Source: Octopus sinensis (Eukaryota). Taken from it: a stretch of DNA of 64,000 nt. The position numbers and the translations under genes were made by a program. The stretch is taken from assembly GCF_006345805.1 (NCBI RefSeq), contig NC_042998.1, positions 75,578,001-75,642,000 of the forward strand, given 5' to 3'. Positions 14,851-29,849 of this stretch are shown here, piece after piece. Numbering within the stretch: position 1 is the stretch's first letter; each line of letters begins with the position of its first letter. The notes under the pieces were generated by a model. It saw only the letters and a list, made by a program, of their open reading frames with translations, searched no databases and was not told where the DNA came from.

Positions 14851-15842
14851 GATAGATAAAGTGACTGAAGAACGTAGAACCAACATCTTTGAGCTGGGTC
14901 CAACTCTCTACAAGCAGAGGTTGTGTGCACTGTTGGTGGTTTTATATTTAAGAAACTTTTATTTCACACATTTTAGTGGTTTCTTCTGGAAATATTTTGA
15001 AATTAATCAAAATAAATAGAAATTTCTTTAAAACAGCAAATTATATGTCTTTGAATGATTACAGGGCTTCAAGAATGTTTCTGTGATTGATGAGTGTTTC
15101 CGAATTGTTCTTTTCTATCGAGTTAAGTATTCGCAAGTTTAGAAATTCAATTTCTGCGCTTGTTCAAACTTTATAAAATACATACGTCATAGTTTTTGTT
15201 CGTTTTTTTTTTCAACAAACACTACGATCATCATTATGTGTTTCAGACCTTCTAGAAGCTAACTGAACAGACATTGGCATTTTCACATTTTTATTATTTT
15301 TCGTTTAACAATTAGTTATTTATATACCTCTGATAATATGGAAATATGTTATTTAGACTGCTAGAAGCAATTCCACTCGCGATTTTTATAAACCACCAAG
15401 CGTACAGAGAAGTATTAGAAATTATAGAAAACTTAAACAATAAATGCATTAACTTGACTCAAGGTGATCTCTTTAACTTGAAGTGAATCAAACGCAAGGT
15501 ACAACCAAATGTACATGTATGTGTGCATGATGGTGCCCGTATGTATGTATTTGAATCGGTGAGATACATGCATATATCTGTGCGTATGTATATGTTGAGA
15601 AAATTATTTATTACCTCTGACACATTCTCCTCTTATATCCAATGAAAGATTTAATTTTGTGATCGAAATTTCTAACAGTTATCAGCCACACAGAACATTA
15701 ATGTCGAGATCAAAAGCTAACAACATATTAATACGAAATTACTTATACTATATCCTAACTATGAACTGGAGAGACCAATATCACTTGATATATATATATA
15801 TATATATACATAACACCTGGATATATATATATATACATATAC

Positions 15843-15890
<48 letters not shown>

Positions 15891-15972
15891 TATATATATA
15901 TACATATATATATACATACATATATGTAAATATAAAGATAGATAGATATAGATAATAGATATACGTACATAA

Positions 15973-16032
<60 letters not shown>

Positions 16033-16504
16033 CATACATATATATGTATATATAAGCAGTATATTTATACATACAACTGAAATGAAATAAACGCAACGTA
16101 TGAAAAACAGTTGAAATTCTTAATAAATATCGTTATTTAACGAACTAGAAGCACTTACAAATACTTTCATGAAACTAATCTGTAGATAATGGAAAAAGTT
16201 TGACTGATGGAATCAGCTTAAGTACATTTGTCTCAGACACCTCTCGTCTGCTACAGAAGTTTATTAATTAAAAATCTTGAATTTAATCAATTTATGGAAA
16301 TAGATAGATAGATAGATTATCTAGAAGAGATAATACTCCTCTAAATTATTAACTATTTTAAAAGTCACTCTATGAGAAATGTGAACGATGCATTTTACCA
16401 GGCGTTCTAGTTCCTTATTAAAATATTCTGTTAGCATATACCCTTTGTGTTTGATAAGTGTACATGTTTAATCTTCTCTTTATGCGCGTGTGTGTCTGTA
16501 TAGC

Positions 16505-16670
<166 letters not shown>

Positions 16671-16892
16671 GATAATGAATAGAAATGTATGGTCAGCATT
16701 TTGTCAAATCATGCAAGTTAAACATTCGTACACGTAAACTGCGCGTTATAAAAAATTGAATAGATACAGATGTGATATAGCGGAGTAACAAGACTTACAT
16801 ATTGTTGAAAAAACACAAGAAAAACAAGATAAATGTATTTTTACAGCTTCATTACGCACGTTGTATATATATATGTGCGTATATATATGTGC

Positions 16893-16969
<77 letters not shown>

Positions 16970-17040
16970 CATATATATATATGTACATATATATATATAT
17001 GTACATATATATATGTATATATATATATATATATATGTAC

Positions 17041-17090
<50 letters not shown>

Positions 17091-17121
17091 TTATATTTAT
17101 TTATATATATATATATATATA

Positions 17122-17236
17122 TTCTTTTATTCTCTTATTCTCTCACTTGTTTCAGTCATTTGAGCATCGCTTTGGAGGGTTTTAGTCGAAGAATTTAACC
17201 CCAGGACTTATTCTTTGCAACCCCATTACTTATTCT
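17122..17236 (-). mobile_element. 3' tail fragment of SINE family B
   Basis: Reverse complement matches the tail of the copy at 24170-24331 (TTCTTCGACTAAAA..TGACTGAAACA). Confidence 0.6.
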
Positions 17237-17268
17237 ATGTGTGAATATATGTATTCACACATAAATAC

Positions 17269-17326
<58 letters not shown>

Positions 17327-17329
<3 letters not shown>

Positions 17330-17630
17330 CGTGATCACCGTGACCGACCAGACGTTGCTACACATCGCTGGTCACAATGCGCTTCGCATTGTTTTAGCCT
17401 TCAAATGACGCCACCCCGCTTGGCTAAGCGAGCAGGCAATTAGAAGAAAGAGTGAGAGAAACTTGTGGCGAAAGAGTACAGCAGGGATCGCCACCACCTT
17501 CTGCCGAAGCCTCGTAGAGCTTTAGGTGTTTTCGCTCAATAAACTCTCACAACGCCCGGTCTGGTTATCGAAACCGCGATCCTACAACCGCGAGTCCACT
17601 GCCCTAACCACTGAGCCATTGCGCCTCCAC
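17327..17630 (-). mobile_element. tRNA-derived SINE (family C)
   Basis: Minus-strand head GGCGCAATGGCTCAGTGGTTAGGGCAG..GGTTTCGATAACC with box A/B; 3' end in short repeats (CACGGTGAT)2 joined to (TA)n. Confidence 0.75.
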
Positions 17631-17642
17631 ATATATATGTAT

Positions 17643-17696
<54 letters not shown>

Positions 17697-17728
17697 TAGC
17701 ATTATAATGCTAGTATATATATATATAT

Positions 17729-18885
17729 ACTAGCATTATGACCCGGCGTTGCCGGGTCATAGTGCTAGCGCATGTAAATATGTGTATATATATATGTGTA
17801 CATATATATATATACATCTACACATAAAATACAAAATACAAAGTTATATCTTGATATCGCTAGTGATAACAATACTCAAAATATATAACAGACTGGAATT
17901 GTAGGCCCGTCTCTTGGAATTTTGATCAATTTTATTTTGTCCTCCCTCTTGTATAGAAGTGTGGCTACAATCCAGCCTACCTCTACTTCTGGGGGGACAT
18001 TTTAAATTTTTATCCGGGACGTCCTACGTCCCAGATATAAAGGTAAAAATAAAATATTTCCACTTTGCAAGGTTCGAGTCGAGTACTCCCTTGCACACTC
18101 CATTGACTCGAACCTTGCTTCTATCGTGGCGAATTTACCGCCTCTGGTTAGATACTTGATATCTTTCATAGTCGCACCAAGACACTTTTCGATGGTGCTT
18201 TCCTTCAGTTGTTCAAATCTTTTTTTTTCTCTACATCGTATACTTTATAGACAATAGTCTTTTCTTTAATTTAATGGACTATTCCATTTCTGCGCATTAA
18301 ATTTATTTTTAATTTATTCCCATTCATGTGAAACCACTTATTCAAGTTCAAGTCATTGATGCAATTTTATACCAATTGCTATTTTTACTTTTGTTATGTT
18401 ACGATTATATTATACTTTAGTTTGAGTTTAATTATTACTTACTACATATAATTCAATTATTATTATCTCTAATTTTTATTGTTAAAGTGAAAGTATCTGA
18501 CATAAAATAGAGAAATGTTTTTGTATCACTTTTAACACGTAATACTGAAATAGTGGAGAAGATATGAGCTCACCCTAGGCAAGAAGTTGAACATATTTTT
18601 TTGCCTATGAAACAACATGGACCCTAAGTAAGGAATGTGTAAAATTTGAATGAAATTGGTTGTGTACTTCTCAAGTTTTAGGGAATCATAGCGGAGAAGA
18701 TATGATATTGCTGTGGGCTTGCCCTAGGCAAAAAGTTAGAATTTTTTGCCGATGACACTCCCCGGACCCTAAGTAAGGCATGTGTAAAATTTGAATGGTT
18801 GTGTAGCTCTCAAGTTTTAGGGAAACACACAGACAGACAGACAGACACACACACACACATTCTCAGTTTTATATATATATATGTA
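17729..18885 (+). mobile_element. Non-autonomous Helitron/Helentron-like element
   Basis: Starts ACTAGC with an 18-bp GC-rich hairpin (17730-17768); two diverged ~137-bp subterminal tandem repeats (18552-18826); ends ACAGACAGACAGAC..CACATT..TTTTATATATAT, resembling Lep1/HINE-type termini. Confidence 0.55.
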
Positions 18886-18908
18886 TATGTATACATATAT
18901 TCATATAT

Positions 18909-19067
18909 ACGACGAGCTTGTTTCAGTTTCCGTCTACCAAATCTACTCACAATGTATTGCTCGGTCCGAGGCTATAGTAGAAGACACCTGCCCAAGGTGC
19001 CACACAGTGGGACTGAACCCGGAACCGTATGGTTAGGAAGCAAGCTTCTTACCACACACCTACGCCT
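18909..19067 (-). mobile_element. tRNA-derived SINE family B, 5' half (CORE-like GCACCTTGGGCAAGTGTCTT)
   Basis: Homologous to 23921-24331 and 62074-62229. Confidence 0.75.
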
Positions 19068-22000
19068 ATGTATGTATATACATACATGCATGTATACGTA
19101 CATATTTATGTACGTGTTTATACATGTGTTTTTGCGTGTGTCTATTCCACAAAAAGAACGAACACGCTCCAGTCAGTGTCGTTCATAGACCGATACCTAT
19201 TCAAATGGACATAGTCATAGAAGCACAAGCAAAATGCCATACAAGCATTAATAGATACCGATCTACACACATACTCATACACGCGCGCGCGCACAAACAC
19301 ACAATGCAATCATACACGGACGCGTGACGCATATACAATATCTGCCACAACATAACTTCCATATTTTAACTAGATATAGGAACTAACAAAAGAGAATCAC
19401 TTTCGTTCTCCCTCTTTTAATTCTTAGTACTACTTTCTGAAAAGCATGAAACCCGACCTCAACCCAAGCGAACATCATAACTACTAAGGGCATTTAAGAC
19501 ACCCCTAGTATATCCACCTCCTTCAAATATTTCGCCTTTAAGCACTTACACGAACACGCACAATTACATACACACACGTGTAGGCTTTCATACAAACACA
19601 CACATTTGCTCACACGCACATGCACACATGCAAACACAAACGCGCAAGTATAAACGTACAGCAAGTGTAAATGTATAAATAAGTATAAACGTCTAAACGC
19701 AGATACTAAGACATGCATACATCTATACACACCTCTATACTCACATATACTACATTTGTCCTACAACCACTGACATCTTTGCATTTCTTGTTCTTGCCAA
19801 GAGCAGAAAATTAGTTCACGCCCATACGAAAAAAACCTTTCACTTCCATCAATTTTACTTTCCGGGGTCCTCTTAGATATACGCGTAAGTGCCTCTCTAT
19901 AGACCGCAAACAATTATATACTAGTATCCAACTAAATATCTTTTTGGTACATTACCATTTTGTAGCTTTTCCATAAATTCAGTCCAAGTGTATGATGTTT
20001 TTTTTTTTTTTTGCTATTGATATTGGTACAAAATTGCTTCTTCACTATATTAACTATAATGCTTGTCGAGACTTGATGGTTGATGTAGACATGATGGTTC
20101 ATATTGGTGCAATGTTCCTTCTCGATTATATTCAACCATGATGCGTCGTAATTGAAATACGTCTTTTCATTTCAGATCTTAAAAGAAAATGTTTTAAAAT
20201 CTTCTTGAGAAAACGCGCTTTTACAGAGATATTGATTCCTTTCATCTTCCGGTGTACAGCCTGTGGCTTGGTAGCAAACTTGTGATTAATACTAGCTCAT
20301 TGAAGTAGTATTTTCTGATAATGGAGTTTTTCATTCTTTGAAATTATTAATTTCCCCTCGAGAGTATGAAGTGTAGAATCTCCATACATTTTATTCAGAT
20401 CTCTTCATGCAATGTAGTTGGCGTGTTATGAATTTGTCGTTCACATTACATATGGTGACGGTATGCATATGTCGATTTTGTGGCGTTGCAGGCTCCTGAA
20501 ATGTTATAGTTTTGTTAACCGGCTAGACTGATTATGTTGATATGCAAACGGTTTTCCTAGCGTGATAGCAAGCTTATACGGGCAAATACTGGTTCTCCGA
20601 CATGTTATCACGTTTTCATATATTGTTCTCTGATACTGCCAATAGCTTTTATCATGTCCATAGTTATAAATTTATTACTAATTAAAAATAGTCTCTTTGC
20701 CAACGATAGCTATGGAAATTGATATGATTTTTCTAGCACTGTGAATTTAAATTGTTTCAACTTGTATGTATTCTAAAGTTATCTCTAGTTTTATACAGAA
20801 ACATATATATATGAACTGTTGCTATTCTAAAGTCTCATGTATATGATGACTGAGTATATTTGCGCTCGTATATGTTCTAAACTTGACCATCAATCTTTTC
20901 CTTTGAAGAACACTGTAAATAAATTATTGTTTTGTCAACTGTGTTTTGCTAATAAAAGCATTTTGTTATCTATGACTACACTATCTAACATGTCATTTTC
21001 ATCTTAAAACAAAACAATACTATTTTCGAGAGGTTCAGCTGTTATCTCTAGCAGTTCAAACCATTACATAGGTTCTTCATTCTATGATAAGGATGACGGT
21101 GCCGTTATCTTCTGTGGCAACTTTTACTTAGCTTTATGATATATTTTGCAAATTGACCAGCATCATAGGATCTTAGGGCAATAATTGCTATATGTAATAG
21201 ACATTGTTCAAAGAACATTATATTTATTTAGTCGATGCAGTTTAACGGGGTAGTTTAAAACATGGTGTGTGTTCCCAATATTTTTTTTAATCATTTCACA
21301 TGGCTATAATAGCAGCAGGCTTTTTCTGATAGTTAACTGTATAGACCATAATGTAAATTCTATGTAGAATACTTTTAAAGTCTTCCCTGCTGATGTATGA
21401 CATTTCCGTTGAGCCTGAAGTGTGTATCGGTGTTGTTATCATTGTTATTAGGGGTCATCAAAATGAAATTTCATGTTATTACCATGTATTTAATATTCAA
21501 TGGTTTAAATAACGCTTAGTTGTGGGTAAAACGTGTTCCTTTTCATAACAGAACAAAGCAAGTTACGCAGAGAAACTACTTTAGCTTCGAATAATTGAAC
21601 ATGAAACCCTCGCCAAAAGCACATCTTGAGTTGTTATCAATGCTTGCCTGCCTGCACTTGATAGCACATTCATTATATATTCAAATTATCATTTCAAAGT
21701 ATTTAAGTGTCCCTATAAAGAAGAAACTAGAGAAACAAAATTACGATGCTAGAATTTAGATAAAGAACAAAGCACAGTGCAGAGTAATATGTGGAACTTC
21801 AGATTTGTCGTATATTTTTACTGTTCCACGTACATATTTTAGTTGGAAAATGTGTGGTAGCTTGTAATATGCATGTATCAGAAAACTCTAAATATCTTAG
21901 TGTTTAGATATTTACCAACATAACCAAGCGCATGGGCCATTCATCACTGACAATAAGGAAATACCCTAGCTTCTAGTATATCAATACATATAGATGGATA

Positions 22001-23599
22001 AACAGACAGACACATATCATAGGTATGGGTGTAGGGACAACATAATCATCGTGTAACGATGTATATCGCTAGTTTATGTAGAGTTAAATGTATGCATACG
22101 TATGTATATAGGCATAAATACGCGTTCCATATATACATTTGTGTGTGTGTCTGTGTGTGTGTGTGTGTGTGTTATGACGAGTCATTGACATCCCTATGGG
22201 ACTGAAAGAATGAACTAGCCGAACTCTTATAGAAAGTAGCGTATTGGTTGAGACGTAGGAGTCGTTGAGTTCGTTGAGAATTTGTATTTATTGAAGTAGG
22301 GTGTGTCTAGTGGCGTAATTTGAAGTACGTTGTGTGAAGGAAGGTCTGTCTATCCTCGCTTCGTGAAATCTGGAATCTGTATATGCAACGTATAGAAGAA
22401 TATAAAAGTGGCGACGAATGGAGCAAGTAATAAATATGTTTCCTAGCTAGCACTCAACGAGGTGTACTCCAGTAGCTATTCATCAGGCCGAAGATACCTT
22501 AGTTAAATGAAGGTTACACTGTTGTCAAGGGATTCCGGGTTAACATCAGGAAGTTTTATGGAAAATGAGTGGAAAGCACAGAGTGGGAGAACAAAAAACA
22601 AAAAGCATAGGTGTGAAGAAATAATATATGGGAGTGGGAAAATGTCTAAAGTAGTTAAGAAAGAGAATCACAATACAGAAAAGAAGAGGGAGAAGAGAAA
22701 GGGAAAATTGGTAACATTAAAGCTGGCTAGGGGAAGGTCTTTGTGAGTATACGCTGGGGTCATTTACTATGTCAATTGTATACATATATATATATATATA
22801 TATATAGACACCCTGTATATACATTTAAACAGAGTCAAGCAAAAACAAAGAAGTATGCAGGAGGAGCAGAGAAAGAGGGAATTTAGGAATGATGGTAAGT
22901 TAGAATTTGTTCGGAGAGGAAAGAGAGGTGGGAGATAATGTTTCTGGTCAATAAGGGAACATTGTAGCTCTGGGTAAGTTGACTCTTTATCACTTAACAG
23001 TAACACTATACAAACGCCAATTAGCGTGTGCATGCCTCTAGTGTTTTGTATGTGTGCATGCGCGCATAGCCACCTTGATATGCACATGTGCGAAAAAAAG
23101 TTGTAGGGAAATCACAAGATTAAAAAATAATATGAAATATAAAATATAAAGGCAGTTAAAAAGTTATAAATACATAACAGAGCTGGAAGTGAGGGCGGAA
23201 GAATAGTTAGGGAACAACGGGAGGGGCGCTATTATTTGTACTTTGAGAATGCGTTGCATAATCGGTGTTTACAAATAAAATTTAAATGATTTCCTTCATT
23301 CAGACAATTGGTGGGTTGCGTAATAGAAAAGACTGCGGCGATGCATAGATTGCATTTGTTGTTATAACCGTTATATGGCTTGGTATTGGTAACAAAGGAG
23401 CACTATATATATAAAGAGAGAAAGAGAGATTATAGACAGATATTCTCTGTATAGAAAACACTTCGTAGTGCTCAAGAAATTTGAACTTGAGCAGGTTGAG
23501 GAGTAAATGTAAGGACAAGCAAATTAGGCAAGTCGATATTCAAAAATATTAAATATATATGATACAAAACTGTACACACACGTAAAAAAATGTACACAC

Positions 23600-23806
23600 A
23601 TAATTTTTATGCGTGAAAATGCTTATTTTACTACAGAAATAAGTAAAATTTATAAAAAATATAAATACTTATACCGCAGAAACTCATGATATACTGAGGA
23701 GTCCGCGATATAAATCTATATATATATATATATATATATTAGCCAGCAAAATCCGCGATGCACTGATGGTGCGATAGATAAACGGCGACATGGCGAGTGA
23801 TTACTG
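23600..23806 (+). mobile_element. Right-end fragment of a Tigger/pogo-like MITE
   Basis: Homologous to 51795-51980; ends ATGGCGAGTGATTACTG. Confidence 0.6.
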
Positions 23807-23813
23807 TTTATAC

Positions 23814-23861
<48 letters not shown>

Positions 23862-23920
23862 TGTGTGTGGTGTGTGTGTGTGTGTGTGCGTGCCTGTGTG
23901 TCTGTGTGGGGGGTGTATAA

Positions 23921-24331
23921 GACGCCATGTACTTGTGTTGTAAGACGTTTGCCTACCAACTACATGGTTCTGGGTCCAGTTCCACTTCGTCACATCTGGG
24001 ACAAGTGTCTTCTATTATAACCCCGGGTCAATGAAAGCCTTGTGACTGAATCTGGTAGAAAAGAACCTGAAAGTTACCCGTCGTAAATATATATAGTCTT
24101 GTGTGTGTGTGTCTGTGTGTGTCTGTGTCTTTGTGTTTGTGTTTGTCTACCATCTACTGTCACCGCTTGAAACCGGTGTTGAACTGTTTACGTCCAATTA
24201 GGATAGCGGCTCGACAGAAAGGGAGAATTGAATAAGTACCAAACTTTGAAATAAGCGCTGGTATCGATTTCTTCGACTAAAATCTTTAAGGCCGACGCCC
24301 CAGCATAACCGCAGCCTAGTGACTGAAACAC
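23921..24331 (+). mobile_element. tRNA-derived SINE family B, near full length, with internal (TG)n
   Basis: Degraded tRNA-like head, CORE-like segment, and tail shared with 17122-17236. Confidence 0.7.
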
Positions 24332-24363
24332 ATTGTGTATATATATATATATATAAAGATATA

Positions 24364-24447
<84 letters not shown>

Positions 24448-27400
24448 AGAGAGAGAGATCAGTAACGTATATTTATGCGTGTAAATAAATTTTAAAATTA
24501 TTCATCGTTATTGAAACGATTATTCTCTATTAATATGTAAATATTCAAAGTACGAGATGTGATTATTTGAAATATCGTGTAGAAAATTTTTTTATGCAAA
24601 TCTGTTGGGGTGCTCCAAGTATACATGACTTTCTGCTTGGTTTACAAAGTGGTTTTGACATATGTAATGTTGACATTAGTTTTGTCTCACTAATTGATAA
24701 TAGTATTTAATTTTGACGGTCAGGCATTTCAATTGACTTGGTATTCTTGTGCATATCTAGAGAAGGAATTAAGGTAGACGTGAAACAATGTTCATATGGT
24801 GGTGTCCTTTTATAGTTCTCCTTCCTGTAAGCTATTTTAATGAAGATTAAATTATATAATTGTATTCGTAAAGGTCACCGTTCTGATGATCGCAGTTTTT
24901 CTGTGAGTTCTGTAAATAATAAATATGTTCATAAGGTTGAAATATGTGTAAGCTTTAAGTAAAATATAATGAATCTACAGTGATCTGTCATCTCAAAGTT
25001 GCTTGATTGAATAATCAACTATATTTGAAACTATATTCGCATTTATATAAGATATTATTCTATCTGAAATTCTTCTGGCTTATTGTAGAATTCATTTCAT
25101 TAATTCTGACTGTATGCGCCTCGGGCTCTTGTTTCTGAGGATTTAAATTCATTCTATTGACGGTTAAATGCTCTTTTCAATGTCAAAGATTATTTCTATC
25201 ATCATTAGTTATAGGTGCATTATTAGCTATAATGTATTAACTTATTAACTTATTAGTAAATTATATGCAGAGTTGCAAATAAAATGTGTTATTCACTAAA
25301 ATACATCAACTATAATTCTATGGAAGAAAGCGACAATAGTGAAGTCACGAAACAAAGAAATTAAGGACTTAGTTCCAAATACATCTTAAGTTTGATAATG
25401 AACTTTATTAACTTTCTAGAATATACATTCGCGCGTTTATCAGGCGGATAACGTACAATTATTAAAATATTTATATATACCAGTTATGCTACAGGATACC
25501 ATATCTGGCGCTTATCTCTGATAAAATTATTATTTTGAATCTAAATTTTCGTTAAGACTTCCAATGGTTATTTAATTTTCATCTTATAGTGTTTTCTATA
25601 AATGACATTTAAATATTCGCCTAAATAGGAATTGAACATGTTAGTACTATTCCAGTGTTCTTTTAGTTATATTTCGAAGCAAGAACCCAAGCATAGTTCA
25701 AGCTGGAAATTCCTTGTCAATACTATTTCTTTTAAATCGAACAGATTCAAATTTTACATAGTAGTTGAAAACTAAACCTGATTTTCAGGGTGAGGATATG
25801 TTGGTTGGAATCGATTATTTCCTATGGAAATTCGAGACAAAACTGCTACTAATCTGCACTGAACATTGTCTTCATTAGTTTTGATTATTGACTTCGTCAG
25901 TGTTATTATGGCTGATTAATTTCCCTTGATCATTACCATTGATTTATTGGTCGGGATCGGAATAGTCAGCATTTTTTTTGTATTGATTTTTACAGTTGAT
26001 TAGTTCTTTGGATAATTGTATTTGAAAGTTTTGTGATAACGACTACAAGTAACATTTTCTTCAGATGTTTGAAATGCAACATTTTCCTTGGAGAATACGT
26101 ACAGACAGGCTAAATCTTCCACATTGAAATTTTGCGACCAAATTCCTTAAATCATGAGATATGTTATCACCTCATTAATTATGGAAAATATTTAAGTTTC
26201 ATAGTTAATACTTAAACATTATTCATGACTGAATGTCACTCATAATATGGATTTCCAGCATTAGCATTACGCTACACCAGACTGGTTCAGAGATAATGTT
26301 GAAGATACGTTGTTTACAATGAGAAAAGACATGGTGCAATTTGACCGCATAACTTTATAAACATTACGTCTATCCGATACAAAGCCAAACACTTTCCAGA
26401 ATAAAAAAGATATAAATGAAGGGTCTCAATGATGAAAAGCCTTTTAAACATACCGAACATGAACTCGGGTCAACTTTAGAAAATGGTATTGTTTACAACA
26501 GAGACCTTATTATCTCAACTAAAATATCCAGGAAGCTAATTACTGAGCATTCAATTTCCCTTTCGCATTTATGTTTTATGAAGCTTCTTCATCGAAATAC
26601 GTGTACTTATTATTTGTTATTGAACTATTTACCTCATAAATCCAACAATCATTAACAAGATCAACATGTTCTGGGAAGGTCTGAGTTTAGCTGCATAAAG
26701 TAATGTTTAACCAGAAATAATTACACAAATAACGTAGCTAATTTCAAGCGCAGAATTTGCATTTAGTAAAGTAAGAATGTTTAGCATTTTATTTCCGACT
26801 GCCCAGTCCTTGTCAACTTCGAATATATTCACAGCTATGATCGAATCAGCAGTTAAGTCTACTGGGATATATGGCAACACATCGACGTGAAAACGAATAA
26901 GAAATGATATAAATTATATAAGATACGTGACAACTATGTGATAGCAATTGTCTGGAGCATGTCTGTCTAGATTGATCAGATCAAAAGGAAACTGTCAAGA
27001 TATAATTATCAAGGGTAATCTCCGCTGATTGAAGTTTTTAACCCGTTATATTACTTAAATTGCATGCATTAGACTATATCGTATTTATAATTACTCAGGA
27101 CTGGAATGAAAATGTCGCCTCTCTAGTAGATATCTCGATTTCTTCTGAGCAAGTCACGACTCGGAACGACATGAAAAATGAATCAAATATAGTGAAACCA
27201 AGCATAGTGAAAATGAAATAAACAGGACGTAGAATATAAAATTAAAAGTAGTACTAAATATAGTAAAAACATAAAAACATATCAAGGTCCATAACTTTAC
27301 ACACAGCATAAAGTCAGATATTCTTCTATGCACAACACATTCTATAAGATACTTTTTGTTCATTAGCATAACCCATACAATACACTCTCTGCAAATAAAA

Positions 27401-27481
27401 ACTACCCAATACGAATCCTTCCTATTGAAAGAACACAACTCACACCATTTATACTCTGCGCAATTAATATTAAACCGCATC

Positions 27482-27677
27482 AAGATGGTGAGCTGGCAGA
27501 ATCGTTAGTACACCGGACGAAATGCTATGTTCTGAGTTCAAATTCCGCCAAGGTCGAGTTTGCCTTTTGTCTTTTCAGGGTCGATAAAATATATACGAGT
27601 TAAGTACTGGGATCGATGTAATCGACTTGCCTCGCTTCCGAGATTGATGTTCTTGTACCAAAATTTGAAACCAATAT
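27482..27677 (+). mobile_element. SINE family A, degraded
   Basis: GAGCTGGCAGAATCGTTAG head; TTCTGAGTTCAAATTCCGCC; GTCGATAAAA. Confidence 0.75.
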
Positions 27678-27944
27678 TCAACCGTGTCATAGGATATGTG
27701 TTATGCATAAAACACCTATGTTTTGGGCTGTGTGTAAAGTTATGAACCTTGATATGGTTTTTATGTTTTTATCATATTCAGTGTTCTAAGTATCATTAAT
27801 GCTAACTTTAATTTCATATTCTACATCCTGATTATTTCATTTTCACTATACTTGATTTCACTATATTTGATTAATTTTTCATTGGGCTTCATATATTTTA
27901 CCCCAGTGTCACTTTGATGGCTTGCGCTACTCTCTCACTCAGTA

Positions 27945-27982
<38 letters not shown>

Positions 27983-28083
27983 AACGATGGTGATGAAACC
28001 TACTCTTTCTTATTTGAGCACAATGCCAGTAATTTAAGTGGGAGGTGGCTAGTCGAATACAACTGGGTTAAACTAAACGCAAA

Positions 28084-28618
28084 GAAATAGACAAAGCAAA
28101 ATCCCAATAATGGCTTTGAAGCTCAGGACTCAATGCAGAGACTGAAGGATTTTTAATTGCAGCACAAGACCAAAGCCTCCCCACCAGAAATTACCAAAAA
28201 CATATAATGAAAAGAAACATAACAAGTAACTGCCGAATATGAGGAGATGGACAAGAAACAATAAATCATACTGTCTCTGGCACACGCCAGAAACAGTCAC
28301 AGAAAATGAGAAAGCAACCATACTATGGGATATGGCAATACACACAAAAAAACTAAGGTCAATAGGCCAGATATATTTGTCAGAGATCACCAAGGAAAAA
28401 ATGCTTTCTAATTAATGTATCAATACCAATAGACGACAACGTTTCTCCAAAAGAAACGGAGAAACTTTCAAAATACAAGACCTGAAAATAGAGATAACTC
28501 GAATGTGGTGTCTAAAAACAGAAACAATTCCTATCATAATAGGCGTATTAGGTATCATAAAAAAATATTCAAATACATAGCAAAAACACCAGGTCTAGCA
28601 AATATATATAACATACAG
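28084..28618 (+). mobile_element. Degraded 3' fragment of an R4/Dong-like RLE non-LTR retrotransposon
   Basis: Frames give ETEGFLIAAQDQSLPTRNYQKHIMKRNITSNCRI, TPETVTENEKATILWD, NRPDI, and remnants of KLSKY..EITRMW..KTETIPIIIG.LG; internal deletion and frameshifts. Confidence 0.75.
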
Positions 28619-28699
28619 TTATATATATTTTATGGGAAAGTGTTTACATGTCACTCCAACTTTGTTTCGTATGGACGTTTCCTCGGTCGATTTTGGTGT

Positions 28700-29450
28700 T
28701 AGGTTAAGGTTTTATTTGTTTGATGTGGGATGTTATTTTAGATAGTGGTTATTCGTTATTTAATGTATTGAGCTTTGTGTTGTAGGTTGTATGAATTGGG
28801 ATTTATTATTGCGAGGTAACTATACTGAATGTGAGTTTTGTTTTTGTAAGTTGTGTTGTTCTATACTATCGGGTTTCGATTACGTAAAAGTACGTACTGT
28901 TTTATTTTATTGCGTGAGTGATGTATGAGTGCTGCATGAATTGTGTGATATAACTGAGTCGTTATTGTATAGAAAACATGTGTTAAGCGAGTTGTGCTAT
29001 TAGAAGGTGATGAGGCAATTGTATACTATATTTGCTTTGTGGTTGACTTAGAGTATATAATCTTGATTTATGAAATGTTATTGTTGTTTTGTCGTATTCC
29101 CATACCAACCCTGATGAAGTATAGTAATGGTCGAAAGTATTTAAGCTGTATACGTTTAATTTCTTTGTCGGGCATAGTATATCTAGGATTTCGTTATTCC
29201 AGCTGTTCTTGCGTTACTATGGAAAAGTTTTATCGCAGATAGTGACTTCGTAGAAGAGTGTCACATAAGTTGTTGAGAAAGTGTATTGCTTGATTTACGC
29301 TATTGAATTTTAAAGTGGGTTGACAGTATGTAGGATGTCCTCACTGGGAAAACTTTGGAAATCGTTTAAGTTTAAAGTTTGGGAATAGCTTTTATGATTT
29401 ATGTTCCAGTTGCTCTTTGTCGTGTTTGAAGAAGTGACTTTAAATGGAAC
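28700..29450 (-). mobile_element. Highly degraded Penelope-like element remnant (tentative)
   Basis: Weak minus-strand similarity to PLE linker/GIY-YIG motifs (ILHTVNP, ANIVYNCLIT) and strong strand asymmetry. Confidence 0.25.
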
Positions 29451-29849
29451 TATTTTTCTTATACGATATTGTGCTTATTTTAATTTCAAGATCGCTTTAG
29501 TTTCATATATGTTACATGTTCGAGTTATTTTCATGTGAAAATGGAAGGAGACATTTGTCAGAATACGAGGACTTTCTAATTTCACTTACAACTGTGCAAT
29601 TTTCTCACATATCCTTGTCTTTTCAAGAAAGACAAGGATATATCCTTGTCTTTGTTGCAGCATTTTCTCCTACTTCTGGTTGGGGGTGGGATACTGCTCA
29701 AAATACAAAGCTGCCTATTCGGCCATATCTGTATTTGTTCTAGATATATCATAAGTTTGCAAGGCCTGGTTGGTGAGAAATAATGCTAGAGATTGTTTTG
29801 TTTTTTGTTGATTCCATTAAAAATATTTTTTAACATTACAGTTTGCTTT

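Noticed and set aside
22433-22486. Minus-strand CTGATGA-(TAGCTA stem)-GAAAC
   Set aside because: Helix III is broken (ACATAT) and no helix I; at most a dead remnant
26260-26655. Protein-looking short frames (YATPDWFRDNVEDTLFTMRKDM; ORF 26416-26655)
   Set aside because: No recognisable family, interrupted by stops, no convincing splice sites
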